Both the position numbers and the translations under genes were made by a program. Below, one piece after another: positions 17,117 to 27,199 of a stretch of DNA of 64,000 bases; position 1 is the stretch's first letter, and every line of letters begins with the position of its first letter. The notes beneath the pieces were generated by a model that was not told the DNA's origin, did not search any database, and worked only from the letters and a program-made list of their open reading frames with translations. The stretch is from Alphaproteobacteria bacterium (GTDB lineage: Bacteria; Pseudomonadota; Alphaproteobacteria; Rs-D84): positions 1-64,000 of the forward strand of contig JAVBPX010000001.1 of the NCBI GenBank assembly GCA_031549365.1, given 5' to 3'.

Positions 17117-19276
17117 ATGTTTGACCGAATATCCAAATTTTTAGAATCTGAATATTTTAATTTTGTTTTGTGGGCCCCGTTTGTTTTGGCCACAGGTATG
17201 TTATTTTATTTCGGATTACGCAACGAACCAAACATTCCGCACCCATCAATATTCGCCGCATTATTTGCAGCTATTTTTGCCGGAGTTATCAAATTTCGAC
17301 GCAAATTTAACATTATTATTTATACAATATTAACATCCATATTATTAATTGGCTTTGGATTTATGTATGCAAATGCGTATACACGCGCATTGAATACAAC
17401 AATGTTAATGCGTCCTGCCCGATCAATCGTTGTAACCGGCACCGTATCCGAATTGGAATACATGTCAGATCGGACCAAAGTTTGGATTAAAAATGCCAAA
17501 ACCGAAAAATATCCTGAAATGACAATGCGCATAACTTTGGCAGACCAAGATGTTGCGCCAAAAATTGGTGATGTAATTTCTGTTAATTCAACGCTGTTTG
17601 CGCCTTCTGCCCCGGATGCACCGGGCGCATTTGATTTTGCACGATGGGCATATTTTAACAATATGGGCGCCGTCGGATTTGCCAATGAAAATATTGAAAT
17701 CGTTTCACGGGATATTCATGGATTTAATTATTATTTGCAATCTGCCCGCAATTATGCGCATAAACGAATTGCGCCACTGGGATTAACAATTACTGGATTG
17801 GTTGATGCATTAATATTGGGTCATAACAAGGCACTATCATTAAACGATTCCGAAATTATCAAAGCCGCAGGATTATCCCACATATTATCAATATCTGGAT
17901 TACACATGACTTTGATTGGCGGCTGGTTGTTTGCATTCTTTTTTATGTTATTTAAAATGGTGCCTATATGGACGCGCCGACACCCTGCCCGAACCCCTGC
18001 TATGATTTTGGCATGGATTGGATTGCTGATTTATTTGTTAATATCTGGATCACGTGTTGCAACCATGCGGGCATTTTTTATGACATCATTGGGATTTTTG
18101 GCCCTGATGTCATACAGATCTGTTTTTTCACTGCGAATTTTATGTTTGATATTTGGATTATTATTGCTGATCAATCCACACTTTATTCTCGAAGCAGGTT
18201 TTCAAATGTCCCTGTCTGCTGTTATTGGATTGATATACTTCTTTCGCAATATGAAATTTCGACCAACATCTGAATCCCGAATAATTCGAATATTTCAAAA
18301 CATTTGGATATTTCTTAAATCCGCATTTTTAACATCCGTAATCGCAGGCGGATTTACAATGCCTTTCGTCGCATATCACTTTCATACTATTCCATTATAC
18401 GGATTATTGGGCAACATGATTTGTTTGCCATTTTTTACATTTGCAATTATGCCGCTGGCATTGATCGGCACAATTTTGATTCTAATAACGGGATGGTCAT
18501 ACCCATTAATTTTAATGGGACACTGTTATGACATAATGGTCCAAATCGCGACTTGGATTTCAAATTTACCGTACGCCACATTGCATATCCCAACAATCCC
18601 AGGTTGGACATTAATGCTGTTTGTGTTTTCAGTGTTAATTTTAATGTTGGTAAAATCTAAAATAAAACACATTGGCTGGGGCATGATTGCGATTTCAGTT
18701 ATTGGATTTTTGAATCACCCAAAACCAATTTTATATTCAACGCCAAATTCAGAAACACTGGCTGTTATGACAGATTCAGGGCATTTACGATTTAATAAAC
18801 CACGATCCGTTGACAATCCTTTTGTATTTGAATCTTGGGCCTCATTAAATGCCCAGCCATACCCAGAACGAGAAATGCGTCGTGCGTTTGGCAGCGGATT
18901 TGATGGCCATAAATATTCAATGAATTGCTTGGACGGAGTTTGTATTTATAACACGCCAAAATGGTCAACTGGAATTGTATTTAAATTTGTCCCGTTATTT
19001 CGATCAATTGATGAATTGTGTTATCATCCAGATTTAACGTTCACAATTTCATCATTCGGAGTAACATCTCCAAAATGTTGGGTACGCTTGATAACGCCAA
19101 ATCAGATTGGATTAAATCCATTTGTAATATATGAAAACGGAGATGTTGAAATTATTTATTCGAATCGAATATGGCATCCGAATAATCGACGGATTCAAAA
19201 TACAAACCAGATGCCGGCGCAGTCGGACCAGCAACACGTCGATCGCACGCAGACAAAATCCCAGGGATCGCATTAA
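17117..19276 (+). CDS. comEC: ComEC/Rec2 competence protein
   Basis: PGAFDFARW, GLSHILSISGLH, RAFFM, GFQMS motifs; many TM helices. Confidence 0.93.
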   Translation: MFDRISKFLESEYFNFVLWAPFVLATGMLFYFGLRNEPNIPHPSIFAALFAAIFAGVIKFRRKFNIIIYTILTSILLIGFGFMYANAYTRALNTTMLMRPARSIVVTGTVSELEYMSDRTKVWIKNAKTEKYPEMTMRITLADQDVAPKIGDVISVNSTLFAPSAPDAPGAFDFARWAYFNNMGAVGFANENIEIVSRDIHGFNYYLQSARNYAHKRIAPLGLTITGLVDALILGHNKALSLNDSEIIKAAGLSHILSISGLHMTLIGGWLFAFFFMLFKMVPIWTRRHPARTPAMILAWIGLLIYLLISGSRVATMRAFFMTSLGFLALMSYRSVFSLRILCLIFGLLLLINPHFILEAGFQMSLSAVIGLIYFFRNMKFRPTSESRIIRIFQNIWIFLKSAFLTSVIAGGFTMPFVAYHFHTIPLYGLLGNMICLPFFTFAIMPLALIGTILILITGWSYPLILMGHCYDIMVQIATWISNLPYATLHIPTIPGWTLMLFVFSVLILMLVKSKIKHIGWGMIAISVIGFLNHPKPILYSTPNSETLAVMTDSGHLRFNKPRSVDNPFVFESWASLNAQPYPEREMRRAFGSGFDGHKYSMNCLDGVCIYNTPKWSTGIVFKFVPLFRSIDELCYHPDLTFTISSFGVTSPKCWVRLITPNQIGLNPFVIYENGDVEIIYSNRIWHPNNRRIQNTNQMPAQSDQQHVDRTQTKSQGSH

Positions 19277-19916
19277 CATCCATTTTACCCAAACCAATTT
19301 CGACCAATGTTCCGACCATATTTCGAACCTGATGATGCAAAAATGATATCGCACCAAAATTAATAATTATTTTATCACCAACTGAATCAACCTCTATTTT
19401 ATCCATTGTTTTAATCGGTGATTTTGCCTGACATTCAGATGATCTGAATGAAGTAAAATCATGATTACCCAATAAATCACACGCTGCAATTCGCATATTA
19501 TCAACATTTATTTCGCGCGGAATCCACCAAACACGATCGCGCTCCAAAACTGCTGGGGACCTTCTATTTAAAATATGATAACTGTATCGGCGATATTTGG
19601 CAGCAAACCTGGCATGAAATTCATCGGGAACGCACACCACATCCAATAAAATAACAGGCTGTTTGTTTAAATAAAAATTCACCGCAGATTTAATTGTTTC
19701 AGCATCTGTTGGCTTTTCAATATCCACATGGGCCACCATTGCACGCGCATGAACACCAGCATCTGTACGACCGGCAGCATAAACAACCGTGCGTTCGAAA
19801 CAAAACTTTTCAATTGCATCTTGAATTAATCCTTGGACAGATGGGGCATTTTTTTGTTCCTGCCACCCTGCTAAACTTGTTCCGTCATATTCGATTTTTA
19901 ATGCGTAACGTGTCAT
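19152..19916 (-). CDS. truA: tRNA pseudouridine(38-40) synthase
   Basis: IEYDGT..GWQ, AGRTDAGVHA, FLHHQVRNMVG. Confidence 0.97.
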   Translation of the reverse strand: MTRYALKIEYDGTSLAGWQEQKNAPSVQGLIQDAIEKFCFERTVVYAAGRTDAGVHARAMVAHVDIEKPTDAETIKSAVNFYLNKQPVILLDVVCVPDEFHARFAAKYRRYSYHILNRRSPAVLERDRVWWIPREINVDNMRIAACDLLGNHDFTSFRSSECQAKSPIKTMDKIEVDSVGDKIIINFGAISFLHHQVRNMVGTLVEIGLGKMDVNAIPGILSACDRRVAGPTAPASGLYFESVDYSDAIFDSNK

Positions 19917-20848
19917 AAATCAAACCCTGGGTTTTCGGTGCGAACGCCACGCAAAAAATCCTCCATCGCCATACCGGATTTTCCGGCAGGTTGAATCCAA
20001 ACGATACGAACTTGGCCAATACCACACTGAACAATTGCGCCACGGTCGGACACTTTGATAATTTGTCCAGGTTTTTTTTCTTGGTTCACTTTTAATTCTT
20101 CGTATAAATCAGCCTGTAATATTTTACAATCACGTCCTTGAAACTTTGCCCTAGCCCGCGGATACGGAAACAATCCACGAACTTTATTTGCAATTTCGGC
20201 GGCGGATTTTGTCCAATCAATAATTTCATCTTCTGCTGTTAATTTTTTTGCGTAACTGGGCTCTCCCTCCATCATTGATTGTTTTTTTGGTTTTGCAATT
20301 GTGCTGTTTTTTAAATACAAATGAACCAAATTCGCACCCAACACAGACAATTTATCATGAACATCACCTGTGGTATCCGCCCTATTAATTACAATCTTTT
20401 CACACATTAAAACATCGCCCGTATCCAATCCTTCGTCCATTTGCATTAAACAAACGCCTGTTTCTGTATCGCCATTCATAACCGCGCGATGGATCGGTGC
20501 TGCACCACGGTATTTCGGCAATAACGAAGCATGAATATTAATACAGCCCAACCGTGTTGCATGTAAAACTTCGTGCGGCAATAAAATTCCATACGCCGCA
20601 ACAATTGCAACATCTGCGCCAAATGATTTAAAACGTTCAATATCCGCATAATCTTTGAAATTATCGGGAAAATATACAGGAAATCCCATTTCATCCGCCC
20701 AAATGTGGACGGCGGATTTTTTAATGCTGTGTCCGCGGCCAGCAGGCTTTGGCGCCTGGGTGTATACCGCCACAATATCATGATCTGCCGCAACAGTTTT
20801 GAACGTAGTCAAACCAAATTCAGGCGTTCCCATCAAAATTATTTTCAT
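19913..20848 (-). CDS. fmt: Methionyl-tRNA formyltransferase
   Basis: MGTPEF, NIHASLLPKYRGAAPI, DEGLDTG. Confidence 0.97.
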   Translation of the reverse strand: MKIILMGTPEFGLTTFKTVAADHDIVAVYTQAPKPAGRGHSIKKSAVHIWADEMGFPVYFPDNFKDYADIERFKSFGADVAIVAAYGILLPHEVLHATRLGCINIHASLLPKYRGAAPIHRAVMNGDTETGVCLMQMDEGLDTGDVLMCEKIVINRADTTGDVHDKLSVLGANLVHLYLKNSTIAKPKKQSMMEGEPSYAKKLTAEDEIIDWTKSAAEIANKVRGLFPYPRARAKFQGRDCKILQADLYEELKVNQEKKPGQIIKVSDRGAIVQCGIGQVRIVWIQPAGKSGMAMEDFLRGVRTENPGFDL

Positions 20849-21381
20849 GCCATAACTCCCTTTTTCTTTGCCATAACCTCTCTCTTTTTGACTTTGTTCG
20901 TAATCATGGTGCGTTTTGCAGAAGACAAATAATCAATAAACAATATACCATCCAAATGATCCATTTCGTGTTGAACGATACGGGCTGGCATTCCAACGAA
21001 TTTTTTAGAATGCGATTTTCCAAATTCATCCATCCATGAAACTGTGATTTCTTCGGGACGCGTAACATCCGCATATACTGGGCCTTCGGTGCCCTGGACT
21101 GATAAACAACCCTCTTCCATTTCAATGCATTCGGATGATACTAATACTTTTTTTGGATTAATCATTTTAATAATTTTGGCATTTTTGTCATCGGTTTGAT
21201 CCAACATAACCAACATGCGATAATTCAATCCAACCTGGGGGGCGGCCAAACCAACACCATGTTCATGATCCATTAAATCAACCATTTGGTCCAAATATGA
21301 TTTAATTTCAGGGGTAATATCGGTAACCGGCACCGCGTGTTCACGCAATACATTGTCGCCCAAAAAACGTAGTTTTAACAT
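20845..21381 (-). CDS. def: Peptide deformylase
   Basis: GVGLAAPQ, EGCLS, QHEMDH; start trimmed to MLKLRF. Confidence 0.97.
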   Translation of the reverse strand: MLKLRFLGDNVLREHAVPVTDITPEIKSYLDQMVDLMDHEHGVGLAAPQVGLNYRMLVMLDQTDDKNAKIIKMINPKKVLVSSECIEMEEGCLSVQGTEGPVYADVTRPEEITVSWMDEFGKSHSKKFVGMPARIVQHEMDHLDGILFIDYLSSAKRTMITNKVKKREVMAKKKGVMA

Positions 21382-21448
21382 TGTCTTGCCCTTTTTTAAA
21401 TTCTGGCTTATTATGGGTATATGTAAAATGTAACACAGGAAAAACCAA

Positions 21449-22381
21449 ATGACAATGCTTTTTATACTTTTGTTGGTGGCGATTTTAATTATGTTAATCG
21501 TTGCTGTGCATAAATTGTACACTATGCCAACCGGATCGAATGATTTGGTCGGACGAATTAATTCCATGGCGGATTACCAAACGCGCTTTTCCGAACGCCT
21601 GGCTGAACGTTTGGCCATACTGAATCAAACATCCGTGGATTTAAAACATATATCGTCGGACATTGCCAATTTCAAGGATGTTTTGATGGGTTCGAAACAG
21701 GCGCGCGGTGCATTCGGCGAACGCCAATTGACTGATTTGGTGACGGATATTTTACCGCCCGAATCATATCAATTTCAAACCGTGATTAATTGCAATGGAA
21801 CAACTGTACGTCCCGATTGTTTGATTAAATTACCGTATCCCCCGGGCGATATGGTAATCGATTCCAAATTCCCAATGGAGAGTTATGCGAAATATGTATC
21901 CGCGGCAAACGATGCCGAACGCGCGGCCGCACAAAAACAATTTGAAATTGATGTCCGCGCACACATTGACGCAATATCATCCAAATATATAATTCCAGGC
22001 GTAACTGCGGATTCAGCAATTATGTTTATCCCATCCGAATCAATATTTGCGTATTTGCACACCAATTGTCCGGGCACCGTTGAATATGGACATAAACACC
22101 ATGTTTTCATAGTATCACCATCAACATTATGGGCAACATTGAATACATTGCGTTCTGTTATGTCCGACATAAAAATCAAAAAGGTCGCAAACCAAATCAA
22201 AACCGAATTGGGATTGTTGTTGTCCGACATGGAACGTTTGAACGCACGTTCTGGTGCATTAACAAACCATTTTCGTATGGCCACGGATGATTTGAATCAA
22301 TTGCAAACATCTGCTACAAAAATCACAGCCCGCGCTGAAAAAATCACAGCCCTGGATTTCGACTATGCTGAATCTGAATAA
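21449..22381 (+). CDS. rmuC: DNA recombination protein RmuC
   Basis: RGAFGERQL, RPDCLIKLP, IDSKFP, MFIPSE. Confidence 0.93.
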   Translation: MTMLFILLLVAILIMLIVAVHKLYTMPTGSNDLVGRINSMADYQTRFSERLAERLAILNQTSVDLKHISSDIANFKDVLMGSKQARGAFGERQLTDLVTDILPPESYQFQTVINCNGTTVRPDCLIKLPYPPGDMVIDSKFPMESYAKYVSAANDAERAAAQKQFEIDVRAHIDAISSKYIIPGVTADSAIMFIPSESIFAYLHTNCPGTVEYGHKHHVFIVSPSTLWATLNTLRSVMSDIKIKKVANQIKTELGLLLSDMERLNARSGALTNHFRMATDDLNQLQTSATKITARAEKITALDFDYAESE

Positions 22382-22640
22382 ATGTTTGGAGTTGTTTGCC
22401 CGTCGGTAACGACCGGGAATTCATAAATTTTTATCATTACCATTCAAAAATTAATTCATTCCGGGGTCGGTTTGAAGATTAAGAATGTTTTAAATCTATG
22501 CTGACTATATTTTTGATTAAAAAATTAATCAAAACGTAGTAGTTGGTTGTGTTATTTCATTTTCGAGGGGCTGAGCATATATAGACATATGTGATGTCCC
22601 TGATGAAAATGAAAAACGCAGCCAAATGCTGCGTCTTTCA

Positions 22641-23960
22641 TTAATTTTTTGATCCGACTCGGAATTCGTCGCCGTACCCGGCCACCACCTTGCCGTCCAC
22701 GGAACATTCAATAACGTCAAAACCCTTGTCCAATTGGCTGTTTTTAATCAATTTGTTTGTAACAAATCCACCCAACGCACCCAATGTAACACCGGCGATT
22801 GCGTCGGACGCCAATCGGGCCTTGTTAAATTCCCCCTCTTCGTTACGCCAAACGTTGCCCTTTTGACCTTCGTACTTTTTGTCCAATGCTGCGATTTGTT
22901 CGTTTGCAGCCTTGTTTTCGGCTTCCAACTTTTCAATTTCATTTTTGTTTTTGGTACTGCGTGCGGCCAAAATCGTATCAACATATTTTTGCAATTCGGC
23001 ATAATACGCATCATTTTTCATTTTATCCAACGATGTTTTGTTGTCTGCAATTAATTTATCAAATGCGGCTTGGTCATCGGCATGTTTGATACGCGCACGA
23101 ATTTCACCAATTTTTGCTTCGTCCCGTTTATAATCATTGGCGTTTGGCTGTTCCTTTGGCTTGTTTTTGATCTCTGATCCCGCTTTCGTAATCTTTTGTG
23201 ATTGTACACTAGTTTTCGCACCCGCATTTTTCAAAATTGCTATTATTTCTGTGTTGTTGTTTTCAATTGCAATATCCAAAACTGTTTTGCCATTTTCGTG
23301 CATATCAACCCATGCACGGTCCGAAATTGCGGATTTAACAGCATCCACATTATTGGATTTAACGGCGGATAATAATTTTTCGTTTAATTCTTTTGCCTTG
23401 GCCGACGATTCAATATTTTTTGTTAATGGTCCATCCATTATTTTTTTCTCGGCCTCGGTCAACGGTTTGTTTTGTCCCAAATATGCATCTGGGATATATG
23501 TATTTGCACTTGTTTCTTTTGCCCCTGCCTGCTTTAAAATTTTAACAATCTCTTTTTCTCCTCGACTCTCTGCTTGATCCAATGCAGTCCCATGGGAATC
23601 TGTTTTTACATTAACATCAGCACCTTTGGATAACAATAATTTTACCATATCTTTATTCCCAACAAAACTCACAATCGCAAGTGGCGTAATACCCACTGAA
23701 CCACTCGCATTAATATCCGCGCCTTTGGATAACAAAAGATTAACGATATCTTCCCGACTTTTGCCTGATGCATACGTTAGCGCAGTCCAACCATCTCTAT
23801 TAATTGCATTAACGTCTGCTCCCGATGATATAGCAGATTTTGCTGTGGATAAATTACCCCCATAAATGGCATCGAATAAATCCTCGTTCGGTCCTGCGAA
23901 CGCTCCGTTTGCAAACATGCAAATCATTCCAAATAAAAATATTGATAATATTTTCTTCAT
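22641..23960 (-). CDS. Secreted ankyrin-repeat protein with coiled coil and C-terminal glycine-zipper/Cys module
   Basis: Signal peptide; GWTALTYA, GITPLAIV, LLSKGADVN ankyrin repeats; AGVTLGALGG..IECSVDG at C-terminus. Confidence 0.88.
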   Translation of the reverse strand: MKKILSIFLFGMICMFANGAFAGPNEDLFDAIYGGNLSTAKSAISSGADVNAINRDGWTALTYASGKSREDIVNLLLSKGADINASGSVGITPLAIVSFVGNKDMVKLLLSKGADVNVKTDSHGTALDQAESRGEKEIVKILKQAGAKETSANTYIPDAYLGQNKPLTEAEKKIMDGPLTKNIESSAKAKELNEKLLSAVKSNNVDAVKSAISDRAWVDMHENGKTVLDIAIENNNTEIIAILKNAGAKTSVQSQKITKAGSEIKNKPKEQPNANDYKRDEAKIGEIRARIKHADDQAAFDKLIADNKTSLDKMKNDAYYAELQKYVDTILAARSTKNKNEIEKLEAENKAANEQIAALDKKYEGQKGNVWRNEEGEFNKARLASDAIAGVTLGALGGFVTNKLIKNSQLDKGFDVIECSVDGKVVAGYGDEFRVGSKN

Positions 23961-23961
23961 T

Positions 23962-24657
23962 TTATTCCCCCGATAATTCTTTGATTTTGGCGTTGTTGGC
24001 TTCGACCTGTGCCTTTAATTCCGCATATGTTTTGCGATCCGTTTGGTCCATTGGGTTTGTGTCGCCCATAACCTTGCCACCAATTGCACGGTTTCCAAAT
24101 AATTCCATCGCACCAACACCAACGCCGGCGCCACCAACAGCACCCGCAACGGTTCCCCATGTACGACCCGATTTTTTTGCATCCAAAATTGCCCGTTCAA
24201 TATCCGATTTATAAACCCATGATCCACAATTAATCATGGTGTTAACGGGATAATACATTGATTTAAATTGTTTCATATCCACACGCGATGTGTTCGACGA
24301 AGTCAAATCAACACGCACAAAACAAGTATTGTTTGTTACATCATCGGTATCTTCGACCATTGATGAATAATCCGAATATCCACCAACAAATTTATTATTG
24401 GCCCAAACAAAAACACCACCAACACCAATGTTGTTATCGTGGCACGCTTTTTTTGCGGACTCCATTTCATCCAACGTTGTTTGCGAAACAGTTGTCGCGG
24501 TCGTATCCGTTGTTGCACGCGCCGTTGTTAATCCCGTTCGAACCGGTGTTTGAATTCCAACACCAATGCGTTGGGTATTGCCCCCGCGTGGCGCGGCATT
24601 CGCGGCGATCGCCGCCAAACCAATCAAGACCACAGATAAAATTGCAATTTTGTTCAT
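23962..24657 (-). CDS. Secreted hypothetical protein with Cys module and glycine zipper
   Basis: Signal peptide ending AANA; three Cys; GTVAGAVGGAGVGVG. Confidence 0.82.
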   Translation of the reverse strand: MNKIAILSVVLIGLAAIAANAAPRGGNTQRIGVGIQTPVRTGLTTARATTDTTATTVSQTTLDEMESAKKACHDNNIGVGGVFVWANNKFVGGYSDYSSMVEDTDDVTNNTCFVRVDLTSSNTSRVDMKQFKSMYYPVNTMINCGSWVYKSDIERAILDAKKSGRTWGTVAGAVGGAGVGVGAMELFGNRAIGGKVMGDTNPMDQTDRKTYAELKAQVEANNAKIKELSGE

Positions 24658-24830
24658 GATATTCCCCTTTCAATCCCGTTCATTATATCATAAAAATACG
24701 TATAAAAAAATATCAAAATTAAAAAAATCCCAAACGTTCGCCAAAAAAATTAATATCCTTAATTTAATGGAATTCCGTTAAACAGGCACAAATCCACCAT
24801 ACCGAATAAACACACATACTCGACTTTCGC

Positions 24831-24858
24831 TTGACAAATGCGATTTTTGCGCTATTAT
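24831..24858 (+). promoter_or_regulatory. Sigma70 promoter
   Basis: TTGACA-N16-TATTAT upstream of the small ORF. Confidence 0.6.
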
Positions 24859-24885
24859 ATAAGCATAGATCAACGGAGAGAAAAA

Positions 24886-25026
24886 ATGTTCAAATGGTTA
24901 AAAAACGTTATTAATTCAGATAAATTTTGGGAATACGTCGTGTTTTGCGCATTAATGATTGCCATATCAAACGCATCCGGCGCATCTGTAATTCAATCCG
25001 CCACAATTCCAACCGCCGGCCGATAA
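24886..25026 (+). CDS. Small 46-aa hydrophobic protein
   Basis: GGAGA RBS, own promoter, one TM-like helix, ends TAGR. Confidence 0.55.
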   Translation: MFKWLKNVINSDKFWEYVVFCALMIAISNASGASVIQSATIPTAGR

Positions 25027-25157
25027 AATATTGTCATTACTCGGGACGGATTCAGAAAACAATTAATAATTGTTTCCCCAGTCCTCGGCAGCAACAGCAA
25101 TCTTTGATTGCGTGGTTGCGTTGTGGAGTCATAACTCCGTGGCGATAATTGCAATTC

Positions 25158-25183
25158 AAAACCCCCACATTGCGCGGGGGTTT
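25158..25183. terminator. Intrinsic terminator between convergent units
   Basis: AAAACCCCC..GGGGGTTT. Confidence 0.7.
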
Positions 25184-25198
25184 ATACTTGATTAAATC

Positions 25199-27025
25199 CT
25201 ATTGATTAATCCAACCATTATTAATTATATATTCACGGAATGTTGGAATTGAATATGTTTTTTTCAATTTGATGTCTGCCATACCTGCGACATTACAATG
25301 AACGCTGGCGCCCTCTAATGCCCAATATGTAACACCGGCGGCAGCACCAACACCGGCACCAATTGCGGCGCCCTTGGTTCCCTTGCGGCCAAAGAACGAT
25401 TTTTTAATAGCAACTTTTTGCTCTTCGGATCCAGCAATTTCTTCGCCGTCTTCGTCATATTGAACTTCGCCGGACGTTGTTATAAAATTACCCTCTTCAT
25501 CCGTTTGGTAATTCAATGAATCAAATGCGTCGGACAACATTTTTTCCATAATTTCGGATAATGTTTGGGATGTCCCCGACGCAGATTCGGATAAACTGCT
25601 TAACTGTTGATCAAACGAAGTCGACCCAGATTGCGTTGTATTATCGGAACCCTTTACATAAATACCTTCGTTTTCCAATGTTTTTAAAACCCTTTCCAAC
25701 ATGTTAATTTGTTCTTGGATTTTTTGCGCTTCGGACAAATTGATTGTCACAGTATCCATTGTGGATTTACAATTCAATTGATTGTATGCTGCACGAACCT
25801 GTGCAAACGTAGTCGAGTTACCGTTTTTTGGCCCAACATTAATGCTGATCCCACCATCTGTATTATACGCCAAATCAAAATTATCAATCAAAGTTCCAGA
25901 TTTACGCGCATTAACATATAACACACGATCAACATCCTTTTGCACGGATTTTGTTAAATTTTTAATATCGTCGGTGCAACATTCAACACATTGAACCTTG
26001 CGTTCATATATGTTATCATTTGTTATTTTTGGATCACCACAATTTTTATTTGCAGTGTTTACCAAAGCCAAAAATGTTGCATAAACATCACATCGTTTAT
26101 CACGCGGCGTCCCCCGGTTAATTGTTTTTGCACTGGTATCAATTGCGCTTAATTTGCGATTCAAATCAACCAAATCACGGTTCAATGCGTCACGTAATTT
26201 TTGTGGATCAATATTTCCGCCAGCAATAATTGTTTGAACCGTATTTAATTCGGATGAACTGGACGTTGATGAATTTGATTGCAAAAATTGACGCATATCA
26301 GATGAAGACATAAATGCAGCCTGACCCGCTTCGGATGTCATGGCGGCGGTCAAATTCGCACGTAATTTATCATCGCGTTCCTGTTGTTTTTTTTCGGCCG
26401 CATTATCAACCGCATACCCAATACCATAACCAGCGCCCGCACCACCAACAACCATCAATGGGACAACCCATTGGGATGAACGGCGCAATGCGTTAACACC
26501 AGAAAATGCATCGGCATTACATGTAAAGGTGGATCCCATTGGAACATATGCAACAACTTCGTCGCCACCCTTGGAAATTGTACCGCCCCAATTCATTGCA
26601 ACGGCTGGAACCATACAGTCATATGTTAATTCGTTAAATTCAGCACGATATTCGCCTGCCGAAATTGATTGACACGCGCGACGTGCAACACCAACTGTTG
26701 TTGATAAAGACGGAATTTCAGCCGCATCTTCGTCAATGAATAAAACCAATTGCCCCGCATCGTTCATAACAAATTGATCACGAGTTACGGGATCTGTATA
26801 CAAAACCGTTGTGCCATCTGGCAATAATCCCTCGGTCAATGTGTTCCCGGTTGCCGGATTCACAACACGTGGGGACGCAGTATTTGATGTCGCAACTGCG
26901 CGCTGCGAAGTAACAGCACGATTATTTGCCATTCCAACACGGCCCACTGAACCCGCGCGTGGCGCGGCATCCGCCATGGTAATTCCGCAAACAACCGCCA
27001 ACATTCCACCAATAATGCGTTTCAT
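25199..27025 (-). CDS. Large secreted hypothetical protein with two glycine zippers and Cys-rich core
   Basis: Start trimmed to MKRIIGG (GGGAG RBS); signal peptide; VGGAGAGYGIG and GAAIGAGVGAAAG. Confidence 0.85.
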   Translation of the reverse strand: MKRIIGGMLAVVCGITMADAAPRAGSVGRVGMANNRAVTSQRAVATSNTASPRVVNPATGNTLTEGLLPDGTTVLYTDPVTRDQFVMNDAGQLVLFIDEDAAEIPSLSTTVGVARRACQSISAGEYRAEFNELTYDCMVPAVAMNWGGTISKGGDEVVAYVPMGSTFTCNADAFSGVNALRRSSQWVVPLMVVGGAGAGYGIGYAVDNAAEKKQQERDDKLRANLTAAMTSEAGQAAFMSSSDMRQFLQSNSSTSSSSELNTVQTIIAGGNIDPQKLRDALNRDLVDLNRKLSAIDTSAKTINRGTPRDKRCDVYATFLALVNTANKNCGDPKITNDNIYERKVQCVECCTDDIKNLTKSVQKDVDRVLYVNARKSGTLIDNFDLAYNTDGGISINVGPKNGNSTTFAQVRAAYNQLNCKSTMDTVTINLSEAQKIQEQINMLERVLKTLENEGIYVKGSDNTTQSGSTSFDQQLSSLSESASGTSQTLSEIMEKMLSDAFDSLNYQTDEEGNFITTSGEVQYDEDGEEIAGSEEQKVAIKKSFFGRKGTKGAAIGAGVGAAAGVTYWALEGASVHCNVAGMADIKLKKTYSIPTFREYIINNGWINQ

Positions 27026-27141
27026 AATATACTCCCTTTCCCGATATATACTGTTGCAGTTTATCATAAATTGCAGCGGCGCGCAAACGAAAAACCACGT
27101 GAACCATAATTTACAGAGAATAAGCACACAAAATTATTTAC

Positions 27142-27169
27142 TTGACAAATTATATTTTTATGCTATATT
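27142..27169 (+). promoter_or_regulatory. Sigma70 promoter
   Basis: TTGACA-N16-TATATT with extended TG. Confidence 0.6.
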
Positions 27170-27199
27170 TGGGTGTAAAGAGCCAAAAAGGAGGCAAAC

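Noticed and set aside
22385-22640. Weak hairpins between rmuC and the ankyrin gene as an ncRNA
   Set aside because: Stems are short or imperfect with no recognisable motif; compatible with terminators of the convergent genes
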